From: an uncultured Alphaproteobacteria bacterium
GTDB taxonomy: Bacteria; Pseudomonadota; Alphaproteobacteria; RF32; CAG-239
DNA: 64,000 bases
NCBI GenBank assembly: GCA_944391465.1
Contig: CALXTS010000002.1
Location: 21,250-85,249, forward strand
Direction: 5' to 3'
Positions 46,114-57,367 of this stretch are shown in pieces. Position 1 is the stretch's first letter, and each line of letters starts with the position of its first letter. The position numbers and the translations under genes were made by a program. The notes under the pieces are model-generated. The model had not been told where the DNA came from, did not search any database, and saw only the letters and a program-made list of their open reading frames with translations.

Positions 46114-46634
46114 GGATTAACGTTAGGAGAATAGATTGTTTGAGGGTTTGCAGGATTACTCATCACATTAATATCCTGCTCTGGATAAGCCTGAATATCA
46201 TAAATCATTCCGTTTCCTTCAACCAAAGTATTTTGAAAATCCTTTCCCAGAGCTTGTGCCGCCTGAGGAGAATTGGGTAACACCCCCTGTCCTACAGGAA
46301 TTCCCTGAGGCCCTGAACCCAAATTATTAATAGAAGAAGGTGCAGGAGAAGATGTCGAAACCGAAGCAGCATGATTTTGAGCAGGAGGAATAATTTCCGG
46401 AGGTTGATCTGAAGTTATAGGATTACCCAAAGGATTTTCAGCATTTTCAGGCTGTTCCAACAAAACTGAATCTATTGTTCCGTCAGCCTTTTTAGCTGCC
46501 CCGTAAACCATTGTCGGTGCAGAAGGATTACTCTCTTCTTCAATAATTGTATTTTCGCTTTGAGCATATGAATTAGAATTCATAGCACACAAAACCCACA
46601 GCAAAACCGCAAATGTTCGCATTCCATCTCCCAT
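46110..46634 (-). CDS. Secreted Pro/Gln/Asn-rich hypothetical protein
   Basis: AAGGAG lies 7 nt upstream. Signal peptide ...FAVLLWVLCAMNSNSYAQ. Low-complexity P-rich body. Confidence 0.55.
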   Translation of the reverse strand: MGDGMRTFAVLLWVLCAMNSNSYAQSENTIIEEESNPSAPTMVYGAAKKADGTIDSVLLEQPENAENPLGNPITSDQPPEIIPPAQNHAASVSTSSPAPSSINNLGSGPQGIPVGQGVLPNSPQAAQALGKDFQNTLVEGNGMIYDIQAYPEQDINVMSNPANPQTIYSPNVNP

Positions 46635-46742
46635 ATTACTTCTCCTTTTTTATAATTAAGCAAATACTTAATCATCTTTTTTGAAGATACAAGATAAGTG
46701 AGCAAATCAGAGAAAAAAATTAATGAACTTTTAAACCAGATA

Positions 46743-46751
46743 TGCTATACT
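46743..46751 (+). promoter_or_regulatory. Extended -10 element (TGcTATACT)
   Basis: Lies 29 nt upstream of the 46780 ATG. No clear -35 element. Confidence 0.3.
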
Positions 46752-46779
46752 AAAAAATAGTAAAATAAAGGAGGTCATT

Positions 46780-46956
46780 ATGTCAGCAGAATTAGGCGCA
46801 CTAAGTTCCTATGCATTGTCTGTTCAGCAAATGCAATTGAATCTCATCAAAACCAATATGGAAATGCAGGAGGCGGTTATTGATATTTTAACAGATGCAG
46901 CTCGCTCTGTTCCCGTATCAGAAACCTTAGGGCAAAATCTGGATATCTCCGTTTGA
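46780..46956 (+). CDS. 58-aa small protein resembling the YjfB 'putative motility protein' family (absent from the supplied ORF track)
   Basis: My own translation is MSAELGALSSYALSVQQMQLNLIKTNMEMQEAVIDILTDAARSVPVSETLGQNLDISV. AAGGAGG lies 6-7 nt upstream. The stop is 6 nt before the next gene's ATG. Confidence 0.65.
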   Translation: MSAELGALSSYALSVQQMQLNLIKTNMEMQEAVIDILTDAARSVPVSETLGQNLDISV

Positions 46957-46962
46957 TCGGCT

Positions 46963-47826
46963 ATGGAAAATCAAATTTTATTATTACAAGAAAGTTGTCT
47001 TCAAATATATAATGAAACTATTGCTCCAGAACTTTCTGAAAAAGATAAAAAAGTTCTTGCCGAAATTTTTATGGAAAATCCCCATAACTTATATCAATAT
47101 CATCAACCCATCCCTATTGCAACTTGGCAAGAAGAAGGAGCCGATGTCGAACGCCTGAAATATCTGACCCTAAAATTGTGCAATGGCACGAATAACGTCA
47201 ACAAAGAAATAAAAAACTTTTTGTTGCAAAATAATTATATAAAAGAAAATAACGGAAAATTGGAACTAACCGACAAACTAACTTTTCAAACGCCAGATAA
47301 TAACAGTATTGGCGGATGCACCAAACAAGATACAAGCGGCAATATACTTATCATAATCAACGGTGAATTTATGAAACGCTCAAATAGCTCATTGGCTATA
47401 GCCCTTGGACACGAAATCTGCCATTGTATGATAAACAAAAAACTGGGAAAATGCGGAACTTCTAGTGAAGTTGAGGCTCTATGTGACATAATTGGCCTCA
47501 GCGCAGCCAAAGGAGCCGGTTATGATATCAGCCACATACCCACACAAAACAATATCGACTATAACAAACAAAAACAAATGGAACAACTCCAGCCATACAA
47601 AAAATATCTGGAATCTCAAGGTATTAATATTGAAAAAAAGGTTCAAGAAACTCTAGACTTTTATCAACCTCAAAAACTAAATAGAATTGCTGAAATCATC
47701 AATCAAAAAATTCCGCTTTCTGAAAATAAAATTGAAAGAAAACTTGATCAGTTAAAACAAAAGATTTCAAAACCACAAAAACAAAATTTAACTAATTTAT
47801 TTAAAGCAAGACAACATGAAATCTAA
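46963..47826 (+). CDS. Hypothetical protein with HExxH metalloprotease-like motif
   Basis: LAIALGHEICHCM...SSEVEALCD gives HExxH plus a downstream Glu. No signal peptide. K/Q-rich C-terminus. Confidence 0.55.
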   Translation: MENQILLLQESCLQIYNETIAPELSEKDKKVLAEIFMENPHNLYQYHQPIPIATWQEEGADVERLKYLTLKLCNGTNNVNKEIKNFLLQNNYIKENNGKLELTDKLTFQTPDNNSIGGCTKQDTSGNILIIINGEFMKRSNSSLAIALGHEICHCMINKKLGKCGTSSEVEALCDIIGLSAAKGAGYDISHIPTQNNIDYNKQKQMEQLQPYKKYLESQGINIEKKVQETLDFYQPQKLNRIAEIINQKIPLSENKIERKLDQLKQKISKPQKQNLTNLFKARQHEI

Positions 47827-47835
47827 AAACAAAGA

Positions 47836-48150
47836 TTAGAAACTTATTAAAACAATAAAAGACATCGTCAAAATAGATGCAAAGACAAACTTGACCACAC
47901 CCAACAAAGCCTCTCCTAAAACAGCCATATAATCAAGCGTTTGGTCATCTTTATAAATACGTTTAAAAGAAAAATGAAATACCAAAGAAAATAACAATAC
48001 CGCCAAATATAAATAAGAATTATGGAACAACGCATTAATGGCTTCGCTTTCCATATGTGTCATGCAATAAATCCCCAAAATAACCCCACATAACACCATC
48101 GGATTAAAAATCAGTCCAGAAGTAAATAAAGAAAGCAAACCTTTTATCAT
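47836..48150 (-). CDS. Small integral membrane protein, hypothetical
   Basis: About 3 hydrophobic helices. The ATG lies 5 nt after the stop of the upstream small ORF. Confidence 0.5.
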   Translation of the reverse strand: MIKGLLSLFTSGLIFNPMVLCGVILGIYCMTHMESEAINALFHNSYLYLAVLLFSLVFHFSFKRIYKDDQTLDYMAVLGEALLGVVKFVFASILTMSFIVLISF

Positions 48151-48155
48151 AGGAT

Positions 48156-48365
48156 TTAGCGTCCCCAAACTCTGCGGCTTAGATATTTGGAATCAGAACT
48201 TCCGAAACGATCCGGCCATAAACACCGCGTCCCTTCCATACTTTGTTTGGGATTATTAAGATTAAGCGCCGGAAGCACCAAAGCCATATTTCCGCGTTTT
48301 TTAACCTCAAAAGTTTTATTTCTGTGCCAATCAAAATTACTTTGGCTTGCCATTTTTATCATCAA
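48156..48365 (-). CDS. Small hypothetical protein (69 aa)
   Basis: AAGGAGAG lies 5 nt upstream of the ATG. Tightly coupled to the downstream membrane-protein ORF. No family recognised. Confidence 0.4.
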   Translation of the reverse strand: MMIKMASQSNFDWHRNKTFEVKKRGNMALVLPALNLNNPKQSMEGTRCLWPDRFGSSDSKYLSRRVWGR

Positions 48366-48448
48366 AACTCTCCTTCGCTACCACTTTCATATAAGTTTAG
48401 CCTCAATTAGTAAATAAAAGTTTAAGCTATTTTTTCAACGGGTAGCTA

Positions 48449-49816
48449 CTATAAAACATCTTTTTGTGCAACAAAACCCGAAAACTCTGATAAAACATCG
48501 GATACACGAGCATTAACTTTTTCAACCAAAGTTTTATCGTCTCCCCAAACCCAAACTTGAATTTTAGGTTCTGTTCCTGATTTTCGAACTAAAAGTTTAC
48601 CTTTTCCTGAAATTTCATTTTCTCCAGCTTTTATAGCAGCCTGAAACGCTGGATTTTCAAAAGCCGACAACATATTTTCTCGACCATCAAAACGGCTATC
48701 CACACGTTTTTTCAACATTGGAGAAAATAGCGGAAACAACTCACTCATTTTTTTACCGCTTTCTTTCAAACCTTTTGCCACAACCAAAGCCGTAACCAAA
48801 GCATCTCCGGTTTTTGAATAATCACTGACAACCATATGTCCGGATTCTTCTCCGCCGACATTAGAGCCGCAATTTTTCATTTCAACAATAACATTTCTCT
48901 CGCCAACCGCTGCTCTGATGCATTTAACACCAATTTTTTTCAAAAAGCGATCAAGAGCCGGATTAGAAAGAATTGTAGCCACAACCGTATCAGATTTTAA
49001 AACACCTCTGTTTTTATAATACTGACCTAAAAAAGCAATAATCTGATCCCCGTCTAAGCGCATACCGTTTTCATCACAAATAATGATTCTATCACCATCG
49101 CCATCACAGGCAATCCCGATATCAGCACCATTTTGTTTAACTTTTGCCGACATATTTTCAATATGCTGAGAGCCGCAATCTTTATTAATATTATAACCAT
49201 CCGGTTGATTTGATAAAACAACAACCTCCGCACCGGTATTTTTGAAAACAGACGGCATAATTTTTGAGAAACATCCGTTTGCGCAATCAAGAACAATTTT
49301 TAATCCTTTTAATGAATCTTTTTCCGCAATTTTTGAAACCATATCATTATAAAGATTTATGACATCAAAATCGTCCACGACTTTTCCGATTCTATCTTTA
49401 TCCAAAGAAAACTCTCCGACTTCAACTGATGCTTCTATCGCAGCAGTAATTTCATCAGAGAATTTATCCCCGTTAGCGGCAATCAGTTTAATTCCGTTAT
49501 CATGATAAGGATTATGAGATGCCGTAATCATAACAGCCATATCAACATCAAGCTGAGGAGTTAACAAGGTTAAAGCGGGTGTAGGAATAACGCCGAGACG
49601 CAAAACATCAACACCTTTAGAAGTAAACCCCGCAATCAATGCTGCTTCAAGCATATCACCTGATATTCTTGTATCTTTAGCAATTGCAACTTTTTTCTTT
49701 GATGTCGCAACCAAATCAGCACAAGCCATAGCCAAGTTCAAAGCAAATTGTGTTGTCATCGGATAAACATTTGCCACTCCGCGAACACCATCGGTTCCAA
49801 ATAATTTAGCTCCCAT
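48449..49816 (-). CDS. glmM: Phosphoglucosamine mutase
   Basis: FGTDGVRG at the N-terminus. Phosphoserine loop TASHNPYHDNGIK. ATG with GGAAGG 7 nt upstream. Confidence 0.9.
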   Translation of the reverse strand: MGAKLFGTDGVRGVANVYPMTTQFALNLAMACADLVATSKKKVAIAKDTRISGDMLEAALIAGFTSKGVDVLRLGVIPTPALTLLTPQLDVDMAVMITASHNPYHDNGIKLIAANGDKFSDEITAAIEASVEVGEFSLDKDRIGKVVDDFDVINLYNDMVSKIAEKDSLKGLKIVLDCANGCFSKIMPSVFKNTGAEVVVLSNQPDGYNINKDCGSQHIENMSAKVKQNGADIGIACDGDGDRIIICDENGMRLDGDQIIAFLGQYYKNRGVLKSDTVVATILSNPALDRFLKKIGVKCIRAAVGERNVIVEMKNCGSNVGGEESGHMVVSDYSKTGDALVTALVVAKGLKESGKKMSELFPLFSPMLKKRVDSRFDGRENMLSAFENPAFQAAIKAGENEISGKGKLLVRKSGTEPKIQVWVWGDDKTLVEKVNARVSDVLSEFSGFVAQKDVL

Positions 49817-49931
49817 ATTAAAACCTTCCGTCAAACTAAAAAAAATTCAATAAACCGATTCTATTCAGAGTTCCGCGAAAAGGCAACTCCAAAATATTTT
49901 ATCCCTGTAAACTGTTGTTAAAAAATATTAC

Positions 49932-49958
49932 AAAAAAGCCGCTTAAAGCGGCTTTTTT
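49932..49958 (-). terminator. Rho-independent terminator after ftsH
   Basis: AGCCGC / GCGGCT stem flanked by A6 and T6. Confidence 0.7.
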
Positions 49959-49965
49959 ATTTTAA

Positions 49966-51831
49966 TTATACTTCAGGAACAGAACTATGCGTTCGTTTAT
50001 CCTCTCCAACCGGTGCTTCTGTTGATTTATCAATTTTCTCACCTTTAATAACCAAATCAATTTCTTCCCCGGTTAAAGTCTCATATTCAATTAGAGCCTG
50101 AGCCAATTTTTCCCATTCTTCGTTTTTCTCTTTCAAAATACGCGTAGCTTCTGCATAAGCATTCAATACCAAGGATTTAATCTCTGCATCAACTAACCGA
50201 GCTGTATCTTCACTCATATTTTTATTCTGAGTAACAGATTTTCCCAAGAAAACCTCGCCGGAATTTTCAGCATACAGAACCGGACCGAGTTTATCACTCA
50301 TTCCCCATTCCGTAACCATTGAACGAGCCAAATTTGTTGCCATCTGAATATCTCCGGAAGCACCTGAAGTAACCGCTTTATGCCCAAACTTCAATTCTTC
50401 GGCAACTCTTCCGCCCATCGCGACGATTAATCGGGAAAGCATTTGCTGACGTGTGATTGAATAGCGGTCTTTTTCAGGTAATTGTTGAACCATACCCAAA
50501 GCGCGCCCTCTCGGAATAATTGTTGCTTTGTGAATAGGATCGGAACCTTCGGTAAACAAACTGCAAATAGCATGCCCAGCTTCATGGTATGCGGTATTAA
50601 TTTTCTCTTTTTCATCCATAGCCATCGAGCGACGTTCACTTCCCATCAAGACTTTATCTTTAGCATCATCAAAATCTTTAGAAGTAACTTTTCGCTTATT
50701 TTTACGAGCAGCCAACAATGCAGCTTCATTAACCAAGTTAGCCAAATCCGCACCGGAGAACCCTGGTGTTCCGCGAGCAACAACAGACAAATTAACGTCC
50801 TTTGCCAACGGAACCTTGCGAGCATGAACTTTCAAAATCTCTTCACGACCTTTTTTATCAGGATTCGTTACGGTAACTTGTCGGTCAAAACGTCCGGGAC
50901 GTAACAAAGCCGGATCCAACACATCTGGACGGTTAGTAGCCGCAATCAAAATAACATTTTCATTAGCTTCAAAACCATCCATTTCAACCAACAGCTGATT
51001 GAGCGTTTGCTCACGTTCATCATTTCCACCGCCCAAACCGGCACCACGATGACGTCCAACAGCATCAATTTCATCAATAAACAACAAACACGGAGCATTC
51101 TTTTTTGCCTGCGCAAACATGTCGCGAACACGGCTCGCCCCCACTCCGACAAACATCTCCACAAAGTCAGAACCTGAAATTGAAAAGAACGGAACATCAG
51201 CCTCGCCGGCAACAGCTTTGGCCAACAAAGTTTTACCGGTTCCCGGAGGGCCGACCATCAAAACACCCTTAGGAATTTTACCACCCAAACGTTGAAATTT
51301 TTCAGGATCTTTCAAGAAATCAATAATTTCTTCCAACTCCTGTTTTGCTTCATCGGCACCGGCCACATCGGCAAAAGTAACTTTTTTGGTATTTTCAATC
51401 AATCTTGCCCGAGATTTACCAAAACTCATGGCTTTATTATTTCCGGAATTTGCCTGCCTCATAAAGAAAACCCATACACCGATAAGCAAAATCATCGGAA
51501 ACCAAGAAATTAACATTCCCATAAGAGTATTAGAAGTATTATCCTCAGGTTTAGCAATTACTCTGACATCATTTTCACGAAGTTTCTCAACCATCGACGG
51601 ATCAAAAGGAGCATAGGTTACAAATTTTTTTCCATCGACGTAACTTCCTGTAATACTTGCACCTTCAATTGTAACTTCTGCAATTTTTTTATTTTCAACA
51701 TGCTGCATAAAATCCGAAAACGCTAAATTTTCAGCGCCTACCGTTGATGAGTTTCCGGCAAACATATTCATTGCACCGGACAACAAAATCAAAGCCAACA
51801 GCCAGACAATAATATTTCTTCCTGTTTTCAT
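49966..51831 (-). CDS. ftsH: ATP-dependent zinc metalloprotease FtsH
   Basis: Walker [17 protein letters not shown] region. HEAGHA zinc site. I placed the start at [12 protein letters not shown] (GAAGGG upstream). Confidence 0.95.
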   Translation of the reverse strand: MKTGRNIIVWLLALILLSGAMNMFAGNSSTVGAENLAFSDFMQHVENKKIAEVTIEGASITGSYVDGKKFVTYAPFDPSMVEKLRENDVRVIAKPEDNTSNTLMGMLISWFPMILLIGVWVFFMRQANSGNNKAMSFGKSRARLIENTKKVTFADVAGADEAKQELEEIIDFLKDPEKFQRLGGKIPKGVLMVGPPGTGKTLLAKAVAGEADVPFFSISGSDFVEMFVGVGASRVRDMFAQAKKNAPCLLFIDEIDAVGRHRGAGLGGGNDEREQTLNQLLVEMDGFEANENVILIAATNRPDVLDPALLRPGRFDRQVTVTNPDKKGREEILKVHARKVPLAKDVNLSVVARGTPGFSGADLANLVNEAALLAARKNKRKVTSKDFDDAKDKVLMGSERRSMAMDEKEKINTAYHEAGHAICSLFTEGSDPIHKATIIPRGRALGMVQQLPEKDRYSITRQQMLSRLIVAMGGRVAEELKFGHKAVTSGASGDIQMATNLARSMVTEWGMSDKLGPVLYAENSGEVFLGKSVTQNKNMSEDTARLVDAEIKSLVLNAYAEATRILKEKNEEWEKLAQALIEYETLTGEEIDLVIKGEKIDKSTEAPVGEDKRTHSSVPEV

Positions 51832-51922
51832 TCTCATCCCTTCACTAATTATATCTTTTTTATATATAAGGTGAATATCCCCAAAACTCAAGTCCGAAAA
51901 CTTTTACCCTCAGAATATTACA

Positions 51923-51952
51923 CAAAAAAAAGCGACCGCTTTGCGGCCGCTC
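51923..51952 (-). terminator. Hairpin terminator after the DsbA-like gene
   Basis: AGCGACCGC / GCGGCCGCT stem with one mismatch, and a T8 tract on the minus strand. Confidence 0.6.
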
Positions 51953-51973
51953 TATTCTCAACATCAGCTAAAA

Positions 51974-52696
51974 CTATTTAGCAGCATCGATCTCTTGCTG
52001 AATAACAGCCTCGTCCAAAGTCTGAACAATTTTTCCGTTCATAACTAAAGTCGGAACACCGCTGATTTGAAGTTTGCCAGCCAATTCAGACATTTCTCTC
52101 AAAGTCTTCTGAACCTTTTCAGATTCCATATCAGCTTTAAGTTTTTCAACATCAACACCTGTAGCAGCAATAGCTTCAATAACTTTTTCTTCAGTCAAAC
52201 GACCTTTGAATTCAAACAAAGCTGTATAAGCCTCAGCATATTTTCCTTGTTCCTTAGCAGCCAAAGCAGCTTTTGCGGCATATTTAGAAATCGGAGATAC
52301 AAAAGTTAAAGTTTTAGCAACAACTTTCAAATCCGGATTCTTAGCAATAACGCCTTTGATAGCCGGATACAATCTATGGCAATAACCGCAAGAGAAGTCA
52401 AAGAACTCAACTAAAACAATCTTGCCGTTCGGGTTACCGAGAACACCGTCATTCGGATTATTGTTCAAAGCCTCAGTTTCCGAAGCAATCAATTCACGAA
52501 CTTTTCTCTGAGCCTCTTCTCTGGCCTGAGCTTCATAATCCTGCAAAGCCTGAGCAACCAAGCCCGGATTATTTTTCAAAACTTCTTCAACTGAAGCGGA
52601 TTTTTTGTCATTGCAACAAATGATGCACATAACAAGAGCAACAATGGCAACAACCAAAGCAACTAAAGCAACATAAAGAGCATTAAGTTTTTTCAT
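51974..52696 (-). CDS. DsbA-family thiol:disulfide oxidoreductase, membrane-anchored
   Basis: N-terminal TM anchor. Thioredoxin-fold active site FSCGYCH. Confidence 0.8.
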   Translation of the reverse strand: MKKLNALYVALVALVVAIVALVMCIICCNDKKSASVEEVLKNNPGLVAQALQDYEAQAREEAQRKVRELIASETEALNNNPNDGVLGNPNGKIVLVEFFDFSCGYCHRLYPAIKGVIAKNPDLKVVAKTLTFVSPISKYAAKAALAAKEQGKYAEAYTALFEFKGRLTEEKVIEAIAATGVDVEKLKADMESEKVQKTLREMSELAGKLQISGVPTLVMNGKIVQTLDEAVIQQEIDAAK

Positions 52697-52869
52697 AATT
52701 AAAAATCCCTCAAATTGTAATTTGTAATAAACAGAGAATAATTTAACTAATATATTTGGGTTTTACAAGCCTAAAATATTTTTTTTATCTGAGTTTTACA
52801 CAAACAAATAAAGCATTTCTTCATAAATAAGGGTTATAGTAAAAAATAAAAACCAGAAAGGAATAAAAT

Positions 52870-53529
52870 ATGTTTCACATTTCGGTTTCACTTTTTGCGC
52901 AAACACGAACCTTAGAAAATAAGATAGATTTGTTCCATGACAAGTTATTGGACATATCCATGACCTTTAAAAAAGTAATACAAATCTACCTTAGTGAAGG
53001 CAGAAGCAACGACTTCCGCAAAACCTCAAAACAAATCAAACAGATTGAACACGATGCAGACAATCTTCGAAGAGAGATAGAAAATCGATTATATACCCAA
53101 AATCTCATTCCCGATCTTCGGGCAGATGTCTTGCACCTTGTAGAAAACTTGGATAAAGTCATAAATAAATTTGATGAAGTAACATACAAATTTTTCATAG
53201 AACGCCCGGAAATTCCGCAAGAATATCATTCCCGTATTTTTGAGCTTTGCGACTTAACGGCAAGTTGCGCCGAAAACATGGCAAAAGCCTCTCGAGCTTT
53301 TTTCAGAGATTTAAGTTCCGTAAGAGATTATTCGCAAAAAGTTTATTTTATTGAACATGAATCAGACCTCTCCAGCGGACGCCTGCGTGAAAATATTTTT
53401 GATTCCGATTTGCCTCTGGCAAACAAAATCCAAATAAGCAACTTTATTAATGAAATTGCGGATATTGCGGACATTGCCGAAGATTTTATAGACGAATTAC
53501 TCATTTTTACAATAAAAAGAGATATTTAA
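52870..53529 (+). CDS. DUF47 (PhoU-like) phosphate-transport accessory protein
   Basis: Helical DUF47-type protein immediately upstream of, and overlapping, a PiT transporter gene. This is the canonical pairing. Confidence 0.75.
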   Translation: MFHISVSLFAQTRTLENKIDLFHDKLLDISMTFKKVIQIYLSEGRSNDFRKTSKQIKQIEHDADNLRREIENRLYTQNLIPDLRADVLHLVENLDKVINKFDEVTYKFFIERPEIPQEYHSRIFELCDLTASCAENMAKASRAFFRDLSSVRDYSQKVYFIEHESDLSSGRLRENIFDSDLPLANKIQISNFINEIADIADIAEDFIDELLIFTIKRDI

Positions 53530-54584
53530 TGGATTTAAGTTTCTTTATATATTTAAGTTCTGGCTTATTCCTCGGTTGGTCTTTAGGAGCAAATGATGCC
53601 GCCAACATTTTCGGTACAGCCGTCGGGACAAAGATGGTTCGTTTTAAAACAGCTGCCGTTATATCCTCCATTTTTGTAATACTCGGTGCGGTTTATGCCG
53701 GTTCCGGAGCTTCTCAAACACTTGGAGAGCTTGGAAGTATCAATACGATAGCCGGCGCCTTCATGTCTGCTTTAGCCGCTGCCGTAACAATCTATTGGAT
53801 GGTTCATCTCGCTATTCCCATATCAACCTCACAAGCTATTGTCGGCGCCATAATCGGCTGGAACTTTTATGCGGGAAAACCGACAGATTATGCAATTTTG
53901 AGCCAAATTGTTAGCACTTGGGTTATTTGTCCTGCGCTCTCCGGACTTTTAGCGGTTACCCTTTATGCTACAATAAAATTCATACTTCGCAAATCACACA
54001 TTCATATCTTAAGACAAGATTGCTATACTCGCATAGGCTTAATTCTTGCCGGAGCCTTCGGAGCTTATGCCTTAGGCGCCAATAACATAGCCAACGTCAT
54101 GGGTGTTTTTATAGATTCAAGCCCAATCAAAGGCTTTGAATTACCAAATGGTTTTGGACTTAATGCCGCCCAAGTTCTTTTCTTAATAGGCGGAATATCC
54201 ATCAGTTTAGGTATATTTACCTACTCCGGAAAAGTCATTAATACGATTGGGAACAACTTAATGAAAATGTCTCCGATGATTGCATGGATTGTTGTTGTAT
54301 CTCAGGCTCTGGTTTTGTTTCTCTTTGCATCTCAAGGATTAAAAAATCTGCTACAAGAACACGGATTACCATCTTTACCGTTAGTTCCTGTTTCTAGTTC
54401 TCAAGCCGTGATCGGAGCCATTCTGGGAATTGGACTGGCCAAAGGTGGAAAAAATGTTCATTGGGGAATTATCGGGAAAATAGCCATCGGTTGGATAACC
54501 ACGCCGATTATAGCCGCACTGTTTTGTTATATATCGCTATTTTTCTTACAAAATGTATTTAATCAAGTTGTCTATCTTCCTTAG
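53529..54584 (+). CDS. Inorganic phosphate transporter, PiT family
   Basis: GANDAANIFGTAVG signature, repeated as GANNIANVMG. Polytopic. Confidence 0.9.
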   Translation: MDLSFFIYLSSGLFLGWSLGANDAANIFGTAVGTKMVRFKTAAVISSIFVILGAVYAGSGASQTLGELGSINTIAGAFMSALAAAVTIYWMVHLAIPISTSQAIVGAIIGWNFYAGKPTDYAILSQIVSTWVICPALSGLLAVTLYATIKFILRKSHIHILRQDCYTRIGLILAGAFGAYALGANNIANVMGVFIDSSPIKGFELPNGFGLNAAQVLFLIGGISISLGIFTYSGKVINTIGNNLMKMSPMIAWIVVVSQALVLFLFASQGLKNLLQEHGLPSLPLVPVSSSQAVIGAILGIGLAKGGKNVHWGIIGKIAIGWITTPIIAALFCYISLFFLQNVFNQVVYLP

Positions 54585-54592
54585 GAAAAAAC

Positions 54593-55033
54593 ATGAAAGC
54601 CTATATTATAGCCATCGGCAAATGCAAAAAAAACTCTCCCGAAGCACAGATAATTACTGAATATATAAAACGCTCCGGCTGGGAAATCATCATCAAAGAA
54701 AAAGACAATTCCACCCAACAAGATGAAGCCGTTTTTTTGCAAAATAGCATTCCCAACGGAGCCAAAATCATTGTATTGGATGAACGCGGAGAAAATATCA
54801 AATCAACAGAACTTGCGCATAAAATAGAACAATGGATGCTTTCTGGTTGTTCTGAAATATGCTTTCTTATCGGAGGTGCAGACGGACACCTGCAATCCAC
54901 CAGAGATAAAGCCGATTTATTACTTTCATTCGGAAAACTTACCCTACCGCATATGTTGATGCGAGCCGTTCTGACCGAACAAATTTACCGCATTCAAACA
55001 ATCATCTCCGGACACCCCTACCATCGGGAATAA
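54593..55033 (+). CDS. rlmH: 23S rRNA (pseudouridine1915-N3)-methyltransferase RlmH
   Basis: SPOUT protein of 146 aa with LDERGE...FLIGGADG...LTLPHML pattern. Confidence 0.85.
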   Translation: MKAYIIAIGKCKKNSPEAQIITEYIKRSGWEIIIKEKDNSTQQDEAVFLQNSIPNGAKIIVLDERGENIKSTELAHKIEQWMLSGCSEICFLIGGADGHLQSTRDKADLLLSFGKLTLPHMLMRAVLTEQIYRIQTIISGHPYHRE

Positions 55034-55102
55034 CTCACAAAATTCAGATACAAAAAAGGCGGTCGCCAAATACAAACCGCCTAAATAAATGACAATCAAA
55101 AA

Positions 55103-55483
55103 TTATTCTGCACTGATACGACGAATTTCAGCGACCGAACTCCACATTTTTTCAATATTATAAAAATCACGAACTTCAGGTTTAAAAATATGTATAATAA
55201 CATCATACGCATCAATCAAAACCCAATCAGCCTTTTCCTCACCTTCCATTGATGACTTAAAACCGGCTTCTTTTAATTTTTTATAAAGATTGTCGGCTAA
55301 TGCCGCGACATGACGTTGAGATGTACCACTCGCAACAACCATATAGGCAGCAATAGATGTTTTTCCTTGCAAATCAAGAACAACCAAATTTTCAGCCTTA
55401 CCATCATCAAGACTTTTAACGGCAATATCTAAAATTTGCTCACTTTCATTTTTATTAATTTCTTTTTTAACTGTTTTTTTCAA
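55103..55483 (-). CDS. rsfS: Ribosome silencing factor RsfS (Iojap)
   Basis: Iojap pattern DDGKAENLVVLDL...DWVLIDAYDVIIHIF. Confidence 0.85.
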   Translation of the reverse strand: MKKTVKKEINKNESEQILDIAVKSLDDGKAENLVVLDLQGKTSIAAYMVVASGTSQRHVAALADNLYKKLKEAGFKSSMEGEEKADWVLIDAYDVIIHIFKPEVRDFYNIEKMWSSVAEIRRISAE

Positions 55484-55495
55484 AAGTCCAAACTC

Positions 55496-56605
<1,110 letters not shown>

Positions 56606-56665
56606 TTATGAAAAGTAAAGGGGATGTTTTAAAGCACCCCCTTATCTTTCAAATTTATCTGAAAA

Positions 56666-56920
56666 TTAGTCGGTAACAACAGAAACAACAGTCTTATTAC
56701 CAGCCTTTTTAGAAAATTCAACTTTACCTTCGGCAACAGCAAAAATGGTATGATCTTTACCCATTCCAACATTTGCCCCCGGATGATATTGAGTACCACG
56801 TTGACGAACAATGATATTTCCCGGAATAACACTTTGACCTCCGGACTTTTTCAAACCCAAACGGCGTCCGATTGAGTCGCGTCCGTTGCTGGAACTACCA
56901 CCTGATTTCTTATGAGCCAT
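56666..56920 (-). CDS. rpmA: 50S ribosomal protein L27
   Basis: [10 protein letters not shown]...[10 protein letters not shown] signature. Confidence 0.95.
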   Translation of the reverse strand: MAHKKSGGSSSNGRDSIGRRLGLKKSGGQSVIPGNIIVRQRGTQYHPGANVGMGKDHTIFAVAEGKVEFSKKAGNKTVVSVVTD

Positions 56921-56942
56921 AATTCAATCTCCTCAAAAACTC

Positions 56943-57245
56943 TTACTTACCACAAACATCAGTAATTTTTACCAATGTAATATTTTGTCTGTGGCCATTT
57001 TTACGACGATAGTTTTGTCTTCTTTTCTTTTTGAAAACAATAACTTTAGCATCTTTAGCCTGTTTAATAACCGTAGCCTTAACACTGGCACCGGCTACCA
57101 ACGGAGTTCCGATAGTATCGCCGAGAGCTAAAACTTCATTAAAAACAACTTCTTGACCAGCCTCTCCAGCAATTTTTTCAATTTTAAGAACATCACCGGA
57201 TGTAACTCTGTATTGCTTTCCGCCGGTTTTAATTACTGCATACAT
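56943..57245 (-). CDS. rplU: 50S ribosomal protein L21
   Basis: MYAVIKTGGKQYRV signature. ATG 6 nt after AAGGTG. Confidence 0.95.
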   Translation of the reverse strand: MYAVIKTGGKQYRVTSGDVLKIEKIAGEAGQEVVFNEVLALGDTIGTPLVAGASVKATVIKQAKDAKVIVFKKKRRQNYRRKNGHRQNITLVKITDVCGK

Positions 57246-57286
57246 TTTTTTCACCTTTATATTTTAAACATAAAACGTTGCTTTGC

Positions 57287-57314
57287 AATATACATAACTT
57301 TTTGCCGCTGTCAA
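57287..57314 (-). promoter_or_regulatory. Near-consensus sigma70 promoter of rplU-rpmA-obg
   Basis: Minus strand: TTGACA, 16-nt spacer, TATATT. Confidence 0.45.
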
Positions 57315-57367
57315 CAAGAATCTAAAGAAAAAATTAAATTTTCCAAAAAAAATACTTAAAAGAAATT

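Noticed and set aside
52760-52800. Direct repeat GTTTTACA x2 (33 nt apart) upstream of the DUF47-PiT operon as a possible Pho box.
   Set aside because: It does not resemble the PhoB box consensus or its 11-bp spacing. An 8-mer repeat in AT-rich intergenic DNA is weak evidence.
56629-56832. 67-aa ORF overlapping rpmA.
   Set aside because: It is out of frame with the unmistakable L27 coding sequence.
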